A stretch of 64,000 nucleotides of DNA from positions 32,333-96,332 of the forward strand of contig SFJE01000002.1 of NCBI GenBank assembly GCA_004555175.1, in the 5' to 3' direction. This DNA is from Lentisphaeraceae bacterium. Lineage in GTDB: Bacteria > Verrucomicrobiota > Kiritimatiellia > RFP12 > DVOR01. Shown here in pieces: positions 9,286 to 18,470 of this stretch. A program made the position numbers and the translations under genes. Every line of letters begins with the position of its first letter. Position 1 is the first letter of the stretch. The notes under the pieces are model-generated. The model worked only from the letters and a program-made list of their open reading frames with translations, ran no database searches and was not told the origin of the DNA.

Positions 9286-9798
9286 ATGCCGCGCGCGCTA
9301 GAACTCTGCCTGGTGCTCATGACCCTGCCGCTCTGGGGCGCGGCCATTCTCCTCATCGCGCTGGTGCTGGCCTTCGACCGGCCTATCTTCTTCCGCCAAG
9401 CGCGCCCCGGCCTCTACGGCCGCCCCTTCACCCTTATCAAGTTCCGCACGATGCGCCCGGGCCCCGAGGCCGACGCCGAGCGCCTGACGCGCCTCGGCCG
9501 CTTCCTCCGCGCCACCTCGCTCGATGAACTCCCCGAACTGCTCAACGTCCTGCGCGGCGAGATGGCCCTCGTCGGCCCCCGCCCGCTCCTGATGGCCTAT
9601 CTGGCCGAATACACGCCCGCCGAGCACCACCGCCACGATGTCCGCCCCGGCATCACCGGCTGGGCGCAGGTCCACGGCCGCAACGCCATCACCCGCGCCG
9701 ACAAGGTCCGCTACGACCTCGACTACATCGCCCGCCGCTCCACGGCCTTCGACTTCTACATCCTCTTCCTCACCATCTTTCACCTGCGGGGAAACTAA
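9286..9798 (+). CDS. small bacterial sugar transferase (PglC/WbaP C-terminal-domain type polyprenyl-phosphate glycosyl-1-phosphate transferase)
   Basis: N-terminal membrane helix and conserved KFRTM and DELPQL-like blocks of the bacterial sugar transferase family. 170 aa. Confidence 0.8.
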   Translation: MPRALELCLVLMTLPLWGAAILLIALVLAFDRPIFFRQARPGLYGRPFTLIKFRTMRPGPEADAERLTRLGRFLRATSLDELPELLNVLRGEMALVGPRPLLMAYLAEYTPAEHHRHDVRPGITGWAQVHGRNAITRADKVRYDLDYIARRSTAFDFYILFLTIFHLRGN

Positions 9799-10691
9799 TG
9801 CGCCACCTCTACGCTCTCCTCCTCACGCTCTGCTTCGCCCTGGCCGCCCCGCTCCGCGCCCAGCCCAATCCCTTCGAGGCCTCGGTGGAGACCGTGCGCG
9901 AAAACCGCGTCCCCTTGCGCATCCACCCGGCCAACAACCTCCAGACCCTTCAGGCCACGCTCAACGGCAAGCCCTGCACCCTCCTCTTCGATACGGGTGC
10001 CTCGCACACCACCTTCAACGATGCCTTCATTAAAGCCGCCTTTCCAGACCTCCCCCGCCAGCCGCTTATTCTGCCAGGCCAAACCAACGTCCGCCAGCGG
10101 CCCGACCTCATTCCCGTTGCCTCCCTCTCGCTCGGCAACACCACTCTGCGCGACTTCTACGCGATGGTCCTCCCCCTCGACCACCTCTCGCGCGCGGTCG
10201 GCACCCCCATCGACGGCATCCTCGGCGCTAACTCCATCGCCTACGCCCCCTGCCTCATCTCCCTGCGCCAAGCGGCCGTCACCTGGGCCCCTTCCGCCAA
10301 CGCGCTCCCGGCGAACTTCGCCGCCGCCCCCGAGCTCCCCCTCGCCCCCGAGTGCGCGCCCCTCGCGCCCATCACCCTCCTGGCCCGCCGCACCCCTGAG
10401 GGCGCCCCCTGCCCCCTTTTGCTCGACACCGGCTCCTCCTACACCTTCCTGCCCACCTCCTTCTGGCCCGCTGCCGAGGAGACCCTCGCCCTCGCCGCCA
10501 CCAACGTCAACGCCTCCAACCAGAAGCGCTACCGGCGCGGCCAGCCCGGTTCGCTCCTCCTCGGCGAGTGTTCGCTCCCCATCACCCCGCTCTTAACCGA
10601 CCAGAACCACCACCAAATCGGTGCCGACCTCCTGGCAAACTACGACCTTTTCGTCGACTTCCGCCGCCGTCTCCTCAAGGTGCTCCCATGA
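9798..10691 (+). CDS. secreted retropepsin-like (clan AA) aspartic protease with two tandem DTG domains
   Basis: Signal peptide; LLFDTGASHTTF and LLLDTGSSYTFL catalytic motifs about 145 aa apart. TAATG overlap with the upstream gene. Confidence 0.7.
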   Translation: MRHLYALLLTLCFALAAPLRAQPNPFEASVETVRENRVPLRIHPANNLQTLQATLNGKPCTLLFDTGASHTTFNDAFIKAAFPDLPRQPLILPGQTNVRQRPDLIPVASLSLGNTTLRDFYAMVLPLDHLSRAVGTPIDGILGANSIAYAPCLISLRQAAVTWAPSANALPANFAAAPELPLAPECAPLAPITLLARRTPEGAPCPLLLDTGSSYTFLPTSFWPAAEETLALAATNVNASNQKRYRRGQPGSLLLGECSLPITPLLTDQNHHQIGADLLANYDLFVDFRRRLLKVLP

Positions 10692-11374
10692 CCCCTGCCA
10701 CCCGCGCCCTCGTCCTCCCCTTTGCCCTCTGGATCGGTGGCATCGTTCTCCTCCTCTTCCCGCATAGCTACGACGCGCCGGCCTACCTCTACGCCGCCAA
10801 GACCCTCCTCTGCGCCCTCGCTCTCCTCGTGCTCAAGCCCTGGCGCTATGCCCCCTGCGCCAAACAGCGCGGTGACCTCGCCCTCGGCCTCCTCGTTGGC
10901 CTAGCCGTCTACGCCCTCTGGGCCCTCCCCGAAAGCACCCCGTGGCCTGCCGTGACCGCCTGGTACCGCCGCTGGCTCGTAATGCTCCCCGGCGCACTCC
11001 CCGATTATAGCGCCTCCTGGTGCTACGCCTACCCAAGTCACCCCCTTCTCGCCCTGGTCAAACTGGTCGGCTCGGCCTTCGTCATCGCCCCCATCGAAGA
11101 GTTCTTCTTCCGCGGCTGGTTGATGCGCTCGCTCACCCAGCGCGACTGGCAGGAGCTGCCCCTGGGCAAGGTCTCCACCGCCGCCTTCTGGGCCACCGTG
11201 GCGGTCTTCGCCTTCGAGCACGACCGCTTCCTCGGTGGCGCCCTTGCCGGTCTGACCTACGGCGCCCTCGCCCGCAACACCAATTCCCTGCGTGCCCCCA
11301 TCATCGCCCACGTCACCACCAACCTCCTCCTCGGTCTCCAAGTCCTCCTCGCCGGCCACTACCACTTCTGGTAA
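10688..11374 (+). CDS. CPBP family (CAAX/Abi) intramembrane metalloprotease
   Basis: EEFFFRGWL (EExxxR), FAFEHDRF (FxxxH) and HVTTN motifs; multiple TM helices. ATGA overlap with the upstream gene. Confidence 0.8.
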   Translation: MTPATRALVLPFALWIGGIVLLLFPHSYDAPAYLYAAKTLLCALALLVLKPWRYAPCAKQRGDLALGLLVGLAVYALWALPESTPWPAVTAWYRRWLVMLPGALPDYSASWCYAYPSHPLLALVKLVGSAFVIAPIEEFFFRGWLMRSLTQRDWQELPLGKVSTAAFWATVAVFAFEHDRFLGGALAGLTYGALARNTNSLRAPIIAHVTTNLLLGLQVLLAGHYHFW

Positions 11375-11448
11375 TCCGCGCTCCCTGCCCGCGACGAAGC
11401 AATCTCCCCGTTATGCATTTAGGGGCAAGTGAGTGCGGGAGCGGGTTA

Positions 11449-11462
11449 GGATGTGGTATACT
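11449..11462 (+). promoter_or_regulatory. extended -10 promoter GGATGTGGTATACT, 7 nt upstream of the ATG (leaderless-type)
   Basis: Sequence ATGTGGTATACTGCGC is identical to 18451-18466 upstream of smc. The ATG is at 11470. Confidence 0.5.
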
Positions 11463-11469
11463 GCGCGAT

Positions 11470-14400
11470 ATGTCGAAAGCTAAGCGAGCGAACTTCTTGG
11501 AGAAGGTCGACCGGCTTGCCTTATGGGTGAGCGGGTTGACGGCCTTTGCGGTCTATCTCCTCTCGCTAGGGCCTTCAATTGGCATGGAGGATGCGGGGGA
11601 GTTGGCAACGGCAGCTGACGTGCTGGGGGTTCCGCATCCGCCAGGGTATCCGCTCTGGACGATGCTCTCGTGGCTCTTTTGCCGGGCCTTTGGGTGGGTG
11701 ACATGGCAGGGGTGGCCGAATCCGGGTTGGGCAGTGGCATTGGCGTCGGCGGTGGCGGGAGCGGCAGCAGTGGGGGTGCTGGCGGCAGTGATTTCGCGCT
11801 CGCTGAAGGCGCCGTTGGGGGCGTTAGAAGGGGGAGAGACGGTACGCGGAATTACGGGAATCGGGGCGGCATTGGCCTTTGCCTTCTCACCGGGGATGTG
11901 GTCGCAGTCAGTGATTGTGGAGGTGTATGCACTGGGAGCACTCTTTTTTTCGCTAGTGATGCTCTTGGCGCTAGATTGGCTCGTGCAGCGGCGTGGTTGG
12001 ACCTTGGTGTGGTTGGGGTTAGTCTTTGGGTTGGGGCTGACGAACTATCAGGTGTTGCTCTTGGCGGCGGTGCCATTGGGAGCGATGGTAGCGATTCGGC
12101 GGTGGCGTCTAGCGCGAAGTTTTCTCGCGGTGGCGATTCCGTTGGGGCTGACGATTTACCTGTTGCAACTGGGCGCGATGGAGAGCGCGGATGCACTTTC
12201 GACGCCAGGAGCACCAGTGATTTTGCGGCCGGAGGCGGCCGTTGAGGTGCGTTATCCCGGGGCACTGGCGCCGGAGGCGGCCGTTGAGGTGCGTTATCCC
12301 GGGGCACTGGCGCCGGTGTGGCTCTATGGCGCGTTGGCGGGGTTGGTGCTGGGGATGGCCGGCGTGGCGTGGGCGCGGCCGCGAGGGCGGTGGTGGGCGT
12401 TAGGTACCTTGGCCGGAGCACTTGGCGCGCTCTTGGCCTTCTCGGCGTGGCGCTTTGCAACGCGGGAGGTGCCCGAGGGTTTTGCGGGAACGCTCTACGG
12501 CTTTGGTCGGGCATGGGTTGTGCACGCAGTGGCATTGGGGGGGCTCTGGGCGCTCTGTTGGCGGTGGCGGCGGGCGCGACGCTTTGCCTTTGTGGTGAGT
12601 GTAGGGCAGATGGGGGCGTTGGGGTTGATGGCGCAGGGGCTGATGATGGGGCTAACGCACCCCACAACGGGGTGGTTCTGGTGGCCAATTGTGTGGAATG
12701 GAGTGGTGTTGGCGCTGGCGTGGCGGCTCTTGCCGGGCGGAAAGTGGGTGGCCGGGACGATTGGGGCAGCCGAGGCCGGGCTCGCGGTCTATGGCTATAT
12801 GCCGCTGGCTTCCGACGCGCTAAATCCGGGGATGAATTGGGGGTATGCGCGGACGTGGGAGGGCTTTAAGCACGCGGTCTCGCGCGGACAGTATGAAGCA
12901 ATTTCGCCGGCAAGCATCTGCTCGGTGGCCTATCTCCGGCAGCTGTGGGTCTATCTGGGGGACCTGCGGATGCAGTTTATGGGGCTAGGGATGACGTTGG
13001 GGGCGGCCGGGCTGGTGAGCGCGCTGGGCGTGGCGCGGCGGCGGGTGCAGGGTTATCGGGGAATGCGGCTGTGGCCGTGGGTGACGGTGGGGCTCTTTGT
13101 GATGATGTCGGCGGTGTTGGTGGCATTGGCGAATCCGACGGGGGACATCCAAGATGGCTTTATTCAGAAGGTGAAGTTCATTACCTCGCACCAGCTCTTC
13201 GCGGTGTGGATTGGCTACGGTCTGGCTTTGGCGGCGGTGGGGCTAGCCAAGTGGCGCGGGACCCGCGCGGCGGCGATTGGAGCAGGCGTGCTGGCTGCAG
13301 CCGTCGCGTTGGGGCCGATGGTGGAGAACTTCCGCGACCGCGAGTTGGTTCGGCGCGTTGGGGCCGCCGAGCAGACGGGGCACGACTTTGGGTGGCAGTT
13401 TGGGGCCTACATGATGGGCGGGGCCGAGCAGATCTTGGCCGAGGTGCGCGCAGATGAAGAGCCGCTCCCGGATCCCTTCTGGCCGCCGCCGATGAGTCCG
13501 GGGGCAGTCTACTTTGGCGGGACAGATGCCGGGCGCTTTGTGCCCACCTACCTGGCCTATGCCGTTGGCTTCCGGCCCGATGTCTGTGTGCTCACGCAGA
13601 ATGCCTTGGCCGACCCCACCTATATGAATGTGGAGCGAGACCTCTATGGCGAGCAGCTCTGGCTCCCGACCGCCGATGAGGTCCGGACGGCCTTTACCGA
13701 TTACACCAATGCGGTCCTGGCTGGAAAGCGCACGTCGCGCGGGAAGATTACCGAGGTCAATGGGCGCGTACAGATTAGCGGCTCGGCGGCCGTGATGGAA
13801 ATTTGCGAGGAGCTGGCCCGGCAGATTTGGGAACGGAACCCTGAGCGGGACTTTTATCTAGAGGAGAGCTACCGGATGCCGTGGATGGATGCGGTGCTCG
13901 AGCCCGCGGGGCTGGCGATGCGCCTGCGGCGCGAGGTGGAGGGGCGCGACCTAGCGGCCGACCGCGCGCGGAATGATGACTTTTGGGATTGGATGGTGCG
14001 CCGGCTCATCACGCGCGCGGCTTATGGGCGGGACTTTGCCGCGCAGAAGAGCTTCTCAAAGTTGCGCTCCTCGCAGGCAGGGATTTATGCGCGCAACGGC
14101 CAGGCTGAGGCGGCCGAACGGGCCTTTGGCGAGGCGATGGCACTCTTCCCCATTTCGCCCGATGCCCTCTTCCGTTACCTGCAAGAGTCGCTCCTGCCCC
14201 AGGGGCGCTTTGAGGTGGCTGGGCGAATGTTGCGGCAGTATCTGCGCGTGGATCGCGGCAATACGCGAGCCTATGCGGCCCTAACGCGCGTGGAGGAACT
14301 AGGGAAGGCCGATGCCACCTTTCGCGCCCTGACCCAAAAGGTGCGCGATCAGCAGGCCACGACCGCCGACATCTGCAATTTGGCCCGCACGGCCGAGGCG

Positions 14401-14859
14401 CTTGACCGCCACGAGATTGCCGCCGCCTACTGGGAGCAGGTGGTCTCGGCCGCCGATTTAACCGCTGGGGACGCGCGCGACGGGTGCATTGCCCTGCAGC
14501 GCCTGCGCAAGAACGAGTCGGCAATGGCCCTTCTGCGACGCGTGCCAGAGGCCGTTTGGCCGACCCTTTCGGGGGCGGAGCTGGTGGCCTCATCTGGCTT
14601 GGCCCAGACCTTTGGAGAGCGACAGTTGGCGCTCGCCCTCCTGCAATGTGCCGTAAAGGCCGAGCCACAATCTGGCCGCGTGTGGCTGGGGATTGCCCTT
14701 TTCTATTATGGCGTCGGGGACGAAGCCCGGGCCTACGAGTACATGCGCACGGCAGTGCGCTTTGGAGCCTCCTCGCTCATTGAGGCAGATGAGGCCGTAG
14801 CAGAGGTCTTCTTGCACCTAGTGCGTCGCTACGGTCCACAGAAAGGAGTCGCGCAATGA
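11470..14859 (+). CDS. DUF2723/TMEM260-like GT-C family membrane glycosyltransferase (putative protein O-mannosyltransferase-like) with C-terminal TPR repeats
   Basis: N-terminal block GELATAADVLGVPHPPGYPLW matches the TMEM260/DUF2723 signature (GVAHPPGYPLF). Many TM helices and a C-terminal TPR-like region. Start chosen at MSKAKRAN; the ORF is open back to 11020. Confidence 0.7.
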   Translation: MSKAKRANFLEKVDRLALWVSGLTAFAVYLLSLGPSIGMEDAGELATAADVLGVPHPPGYPLWTMLSWLFCRAFGWVTWQGWPNPGWAVALASAVAGAAAVGVLAAVISRSLKAPLGALEGGETVRGITGIGAALAFAFSPGMWSQSVIVEVYALGALFFSLVMLLALDWLVQRRGWTLVWLGLVFGLGLTNYQVLLLAAVPLGAMVAIRRWRLARSFLAVAIPLGLTIYLLQLGAMESADALSTPGAPVILRPEAAVEVRYPGALAPEAAVEVRYPGALAPVWLYGALAGLVLGMAGVAWARPRGRWWALGTLAGALGALLAFSAWRFATREVPEGFAGTLYGFGRAWVVHAVALGGLWALCWRWRRARRFAFVVSVGQMGALGLMAQGLMMGLTHPTTGWFWWPIVWNGVVLALAWRLLPGGKWVAGTIGAAEAGLAVYGYMPLASDALNPGMNWGYARTWEGFKHAVSRGQYEAISPASICSVAYLRQLWVYLGDLRMQFMGLGMTLGAAGLVSALGVARRRVQGYRGMRLWPWVTVGLFVMMSAVLVALANPTGDIQDGFIQKVKFITSHQLFAVWIGYGLALAAVGLAKWRGTRAAAIGAGVLAAAVALGPMVENFRDRELVRRVGAAEQTGHDFGWQFGAYMMGGAEQILAEVRADEEPLPDPFWPPPMSPGAVYFGGTDAGRFVPTYLAYAVGFRPDVCVLTQNALADPTYMNVERDLYGEQLWLPTADEVRTAFTDYTNAVLAGKRTSRGKITEVNGRVQISGSAAVMEICEELARQIWERNPERDFYLEESYRMPWMDAVLEPAGLAMRLRREVEGRDLAADRARNDDFWDWMVRRLITRAAYGRDFAAQKSFSKLRSSQAGIYARNGQAEAAERAFGEAMALFPISPDALFRYLQESLLPQGRFEVAGRMLRQYLRVDRGNTRAYAALTRVEELGKADATFRALTQKVRDQQATTADICNLARTAEALDRHEIAAAYWEQVVSAADLTAGDARDGCIALQRLRKNESAMALLRRVPEAVWPTLSGAELVASSGLAQTFGERQLALALLQCAVKAEPQSGRVWLGIALFYYGVGDEARAYEYMRTAVRFGASSLIEADEAVAEVFLHLVRRYGPQKGVAQ
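12229..12312 (+). repeat. exact 42-bp x2 in-frame tandem duplication (PEAAVEVRYPGALA x2) inside the DUF2723 gene
   Basis: Positions 12229-12270 are identical to 12271-12312. Confidence 0.95.
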
Positions 14860-15869
14860 TACGCGTTGTCTTTATGGGATCGGCGGACCTCTCCGCAACG
14901 ATGCTGGAACGGTTGGTGCAGGAGCAGGAGCACCTGCAGGTGGTCGGTTGCGTCACACAGCCCGACAAGCCCGCCGGACGCAGTAAGCGGCTAACGCCGT
15001 GTGCCTGCAAGGCCTTTGTGACCCAAGCGGGAATTCCCTGCCTAACACCCGACCGGGTCAATACCCCCGAGAGCCTGGCGCAGATTGCCGCCTGGTTGCC
15101 GGATGTCATTGTGGTGGTGGCCTATGGGCAGTTCCTCAGCAAGCGACTGTTGGATATCCCAACGATGGGTTGCATCAACATCCACCTCTCGCTCCTGCCG
15201 CGCTACCGCGGGGCTTCGCCCATTCACGCCGCCCTCCTAGCCGGCGACCGCGAGACCGGTGCCACCGCGATGTTGATGGATGAGGGGATGGATTCAGGCC
15301 CCATCCTGATGACGGCCAAGACCCCCATTCGCGATGACGACACACTTGAGACCCTCCACGACCGTCTGGCCGACCTGGGCGCAGACCTCCTGATCCGCGT
15401 TCTGCCCCTCTGGGCCTTCTTCAAGGTCAAGCCCACCCCGCAAGATCCTAAACTTGTCACCACTGCTTACAAGATCCGTAAGAGCGATGGTTTGCTCCAT
15501 TGGACTGACCCGACCGACTTCAACCTCCGCAAGCTGCGCGCCTACACCCCCTGGCCCTCCTGCTTCACCTATATGCCCGAGGATCATAAGGAGCACGGCA
15601 AGATGCTCAAGATTCTCACCGCGCACGCCGAGCCCATCGACCTCAACCGCGAGAAGGTCGCCCCGGGCACCATCCTGGAGGTCGACAAGCGCGGTATTTT
15701 GGTGCGCACGGCAGATGGCGCGCTACGCCTAACTCGGGTTCAATCCGAGGGGGGCAAGCCGATGGAAGCTGCTGCCTGGCTCTGCGGTCACCCCCTGACT
15801 GCCGGCGAAGTCTTCGTGACGCCGCCCGCCCCCGGAGCTAAACAAATTGTCGCCTTCGACCGTAATTAG
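14856..15869 (+). CDS. fmt: methionyl-tRNA formyltransferase
   Basis: Formyltransferase N-domain motifs (HxSLLPxxRG, GxTxM) plus the Fmt C-terminal domain. ATGA overlap with the upstream gene. Confidence 0.9.
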   Translation: MIRVVFMGSADLSATMLERLVQEQEHLQVVGCVTQPDKPAGRSKRLTPCACKAFVTQAGIPCLTPDRVNTPESLAQIAAWLPDVIVVVAYGQFLSKRLLDIPTMGCINIHLSLLPRYRGASPIHAALLAGDRETGATAMLMDEGMDSGPILMTAKTPIRDDDTLETLHDRLADLGADLLIRVLPLWAFFKVKPTPQDPKLVTTAYKIRKSDGLLHWTDPTDFNLRKLRAYTPWPSCFTYMPEDHKEHGKMLKILTAHAEPIDLNREKVAPGTILEVDKRGILVRTADGALRLTRVQSEGGKPMEAAAWLCGHPLTAGEVFVTPPAPGAKQIVAFDRN

Positions 15870-15885
15870 AGAATCCAATAACGCT

Positions 15886-17559
15886 ATGACTGACTGCCAA
15901 CGTCCCACTATCGTCATCGGCCACCGCAATCCGGATACCGATTCTATCGTCTCGGCCATCGCCTACGCCGCCCTCAAACGCCAGCAAGGCTACATCAACT
16001 GCACGCCAGCGCGCGCCGGCCGCCTCACCCCGCAGACCGAGTACATCCTCCGCCGCTTCAATGTCGAGCCGCCCACGTTGATGCCTGACCTGCTCCCCAA
16101 GGTGGGTTACTTCCTGCCCGAAGGCAAGCCCGCCACCGTCCCGGAGAACAGCGCCTTGTGGGACGCGTTGGAATTGATGGACCACGGCCGCCTCCCGGCC
16201 ATTCCCGTGGTTGATTGCGAGGGCCGCTACCGCGCCTTCCTCTCGCACAACACCTTCACTGAAAATATCATCCACAAGACTGATCCCCACCGCAAGGCCA
16301 TCATCCCCACCAGCATCAACCTGCTAATCAAGACCTTGCGCGCCCAGCCGCTGCTCACCTTCAATGGCGATGCGGTCATCAAGAGCCGAATCCTCGTGGC
16401 CGGATCGACCAAGGAGGTCTTTGAGCAAGTTCTCAAGACCGAACTGCCCACCAACGCCATCGCCGTGGTCGAGAACCGTTGCTCCATCCTCGAGCTCTGC
16501 ATTCGCTACAAAGTCCGTGCGATTGTGCTTACCGGTGCCCAGCCGCTCCCCAAAGAGATGTTCGAAAAGGCCAACGCCGCCGGTATCTCCGTGCTCATCT
16601 CCCCCTACGACATCGCCAGCACGATCTACCTGACGCTCTACTCGATGCCTGTCAGCGCCATGACCACCGACGACATCCAGGCGGTCAAGGCCGATGACCT
16701 CGTGCGCGATATTCTCCCCGCCGTCCAAGCCTCCCCCACCCGCTCGCTCCCAGTCACGGACGACGAGGGGCACGTCATTGGCACCATCAACGAGCGCGAC
16801 CTCTACAAGCAGCCGAATCTCGACATCATTATGGTTGACCACAACGAGCTCTCCTTGGCCGTTGAGGGAATGGACCAATTCCACATCATCGAGATTATCG
16901 ACCACCACAAGCTCGGTAACTTCCCCACACACGAGCCTATCAACTTCATTAACCGCGTCGTCGGCTCCACCGCCACCATCGTCTCCTGCCTCTACCAAGA
17001 GCAGAAGGCCACCCTCACCCCCGCCATCGCCGGCCTCCTCCTCTCGGCCATCATCACCGACACCCTCGCGCTCCAATCGCCCACCACCACCGATGTCGAC
17101 CGCAACATGGCCGAGTACCTCTCTGGCCTCCTCAACCTTGAAGTCTCCGCCTTAGCCCACGACATCTTCTCGCACGCTTCCAAGCTCAACGACCTCTCAA
17201 TCGAGAAGATCCTCTCGATGGACACCAAGGCCTACGAGGAGGACGGTGTCACCTTCACCGTCTCGCAGATTGAAACCGGCACCTCCAACGAGCTCGGCGG
17301 CCGCGTGCCCGAACTTCTCGACGCCCTCGCCGCCCGCTGCAAGAACGAAAGGCACTTCTTCGCCGCGCTGATGGTCACCGACATTACCGCCCTCAACTCG
17401 GTCCTCCTCGTGGCGGGCGACCCGCGCTTCATCGCCAAGATCCCCTTCCCGAAGACCGGCAAGGATAATGTCTTCCTCTGCAAGGGCATTATGTCGCGCA
17501 AAAAGCAGCTTCTGCCCCTCCTTCTTGAACAGCTCAAAGCTACCCTCGGAGTTCGCTGA
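15886..17559 (+). CDS. ppaC: CBS-domain-containing family II (Mn-dependent) inorganic pyrophosphatase
   Basis: DHH motif (HRNPDTDS, MVDHN, DHH), an inserted CBS pair, and a DHHA2 C-terminus. Confidence 0.8.
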   Translation: MTDCQRPTIVIGHRNPDTDSIVSAIAYAALKRQQGYINCTPARAGRLTPQTEYILRRFNVEPPTLMPDLLPKVGYFLPEGKPATVPENSALWDALELMDHGRLPAIPVVDCEGRYRAFLSHNTFTENIIHKTDPHRKAIIPTSINLLIKTLRAQPLLTFNGDAVIKSRILVAGSTKEVFEQVLKTELPTNAIAVVENRCSILELCIRYKVRAIVLTGAQPLPKEMFEKANAAGISVLISPYDIASTIYLTLYSMPVSAMTTDDIQAVKADDLVRDILPAVQASPTRSLPVTDDEGHVIGTINERDLYKQPNLDIIMVDHNELSLAVEGMDQFHIIEIIDHHKLGNFPTHEPINFINRVVGSTATIVSCLYQEQKATLTPAIAGLLLSAIITDTLALQSPTTTDVDRNMAEYLSGLLNLEVSALAHDIFSHASKLNDLSIEKILSMDTKAYEEDGVTFTVSQIETGTSNELGGRVPELLDALAARCKNERHFFAALMVTDITALNSVLLVAGDPRFIAKIPFPKTGKDNVFLCKGIMSRKKQLLPLLLEQLKATLGVR

Positions 17560-18419
17560 TGGAGCTCTTCATCGCCGAGCCGCACGGAATGTGCACCGGG
17601 GTGGCGCGTGCCTTGCGCATCGTCCGGCGCACGCTCGAAGAGCACCCCGGTGAGCCGCTCTGGTGCTTCCACGAGATTGTCCACAACGAGCATGTGGTCT
17701 CCAACCTGCGTGCTCAGGGGGTTCGGTTTGTCAATGATTTGGCCGATGTTCCCCCCGGCTCGCGCCTCCTCTTCTCCGCGCACGGCGTGAGCCCAGCCGT
17801 TCGCGCCCAGGCGGCCGAACGCAATCTGGAGGTGGTCGACGCCACCTGCCCCTTCGTAGCCAAAGTCCATGCAGAAGCCAAGGTCTTCGCCTCCCAAGCT
17901 CTCCCCATCGCCCTCGTGGGCCACAAAGGGCACGACGAAGTGGTCGGCATCCTCGGCGAAGCGCCCACCGCCATCCGCGTCATTGAAACCGCAGCCGATG
18001 TTGCCGCCCTCCGCCAGGAGCTCCCCGCTGTGCGCGACCTCGCCCTCCTCAGTCAGACCACCGTCAGTGGCGAGATGTTCACCGAGCGACTCGCCAACCT
18101 CCGTGCCGCCGGCTTCACTCCCCGCCTCCCCAACCATCGCGACATCTGCTACGCCACCCAAGAACGCCAGGATGCCGTCCGCGAGCTCGCCGGCCGCGTC
18201 GACCGCCTCCTCGTGCTCGGCTCGCGCACCTCTTCCAACTCCAAGCGCCTAGCCGAAGTTGCACAAACGGCCGGCTGCCCCGCCACGCTCATTGCCTCGC
18301 CTGACGAGCTTGACACCCTCGACCTCTCCGGCGTTGAGCGCCTCGGCCTCACCTCCGGCGCCTCCACCCCCGAAGAACTCCTCACTGAAGTTGCCCACCG
18401 CCTCTCCCAGCACGCCTAA
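17559..18419 (+). CDS. ispH: 4-hydroxy-3-methylbut-2-enyl diphosphate reductase
   Basis: LytB family. Conserved Cys (MCTGV, ATCPFV, ICYAT) and SSNS motif. Confidence 0.9.
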   Translation: MELFIAEPHGMCTGVARALRIVRRTLEEHPGEPLWCFHEIVHNEHVVSNLRAQGVRFVNDLADVPPGSRLLFSAHGVSPAVRAQAAERNLEVVDATCPFVAKVHAEAKVFASQALPIALVGHKGHDEVVGILGEAPTAIRVIETAADVAALRQELPAVRDLALLSQTTVSGEMFTERLANLRAAGFTPRLPNHRDICYATQERQDAVRELAGRVDRLLVLGSRTSSNSKRLAEVAQTAGCPATLIASPDELDTLDLSGVERLGLTSGASTPEELLTEVAHRLSQHA

Positions 18420-18447
18420 GCTCTAGGCCCCCCCGCCTCTGCACGCA

Positions 18448-18462
18448 GGAATGTGGTATACT
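18448..18462 (+). promoter_or_regulatory. extended -10 promoter GGAATGTGGTATACT, 8 nt upstream of the smc ATG (leaderless-type)
   Basis: Shares 16 identical nt with the box at 11451-11466. Confidence 0.5.
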
Positions 18463-18470
18463 GCGCAACG

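Noticed and set aside
11020-11469. N-terminal extension of the DUF2723 ORF back to 11020, or to MHLGASE at 11413
   Set aside because: The extension is Pro/Arg-rich low complexity and overlaps the CPBP gene. The conserved promoter box sits right before the ATG at 11470, and the family signature begins about 25 aa after that ATG.
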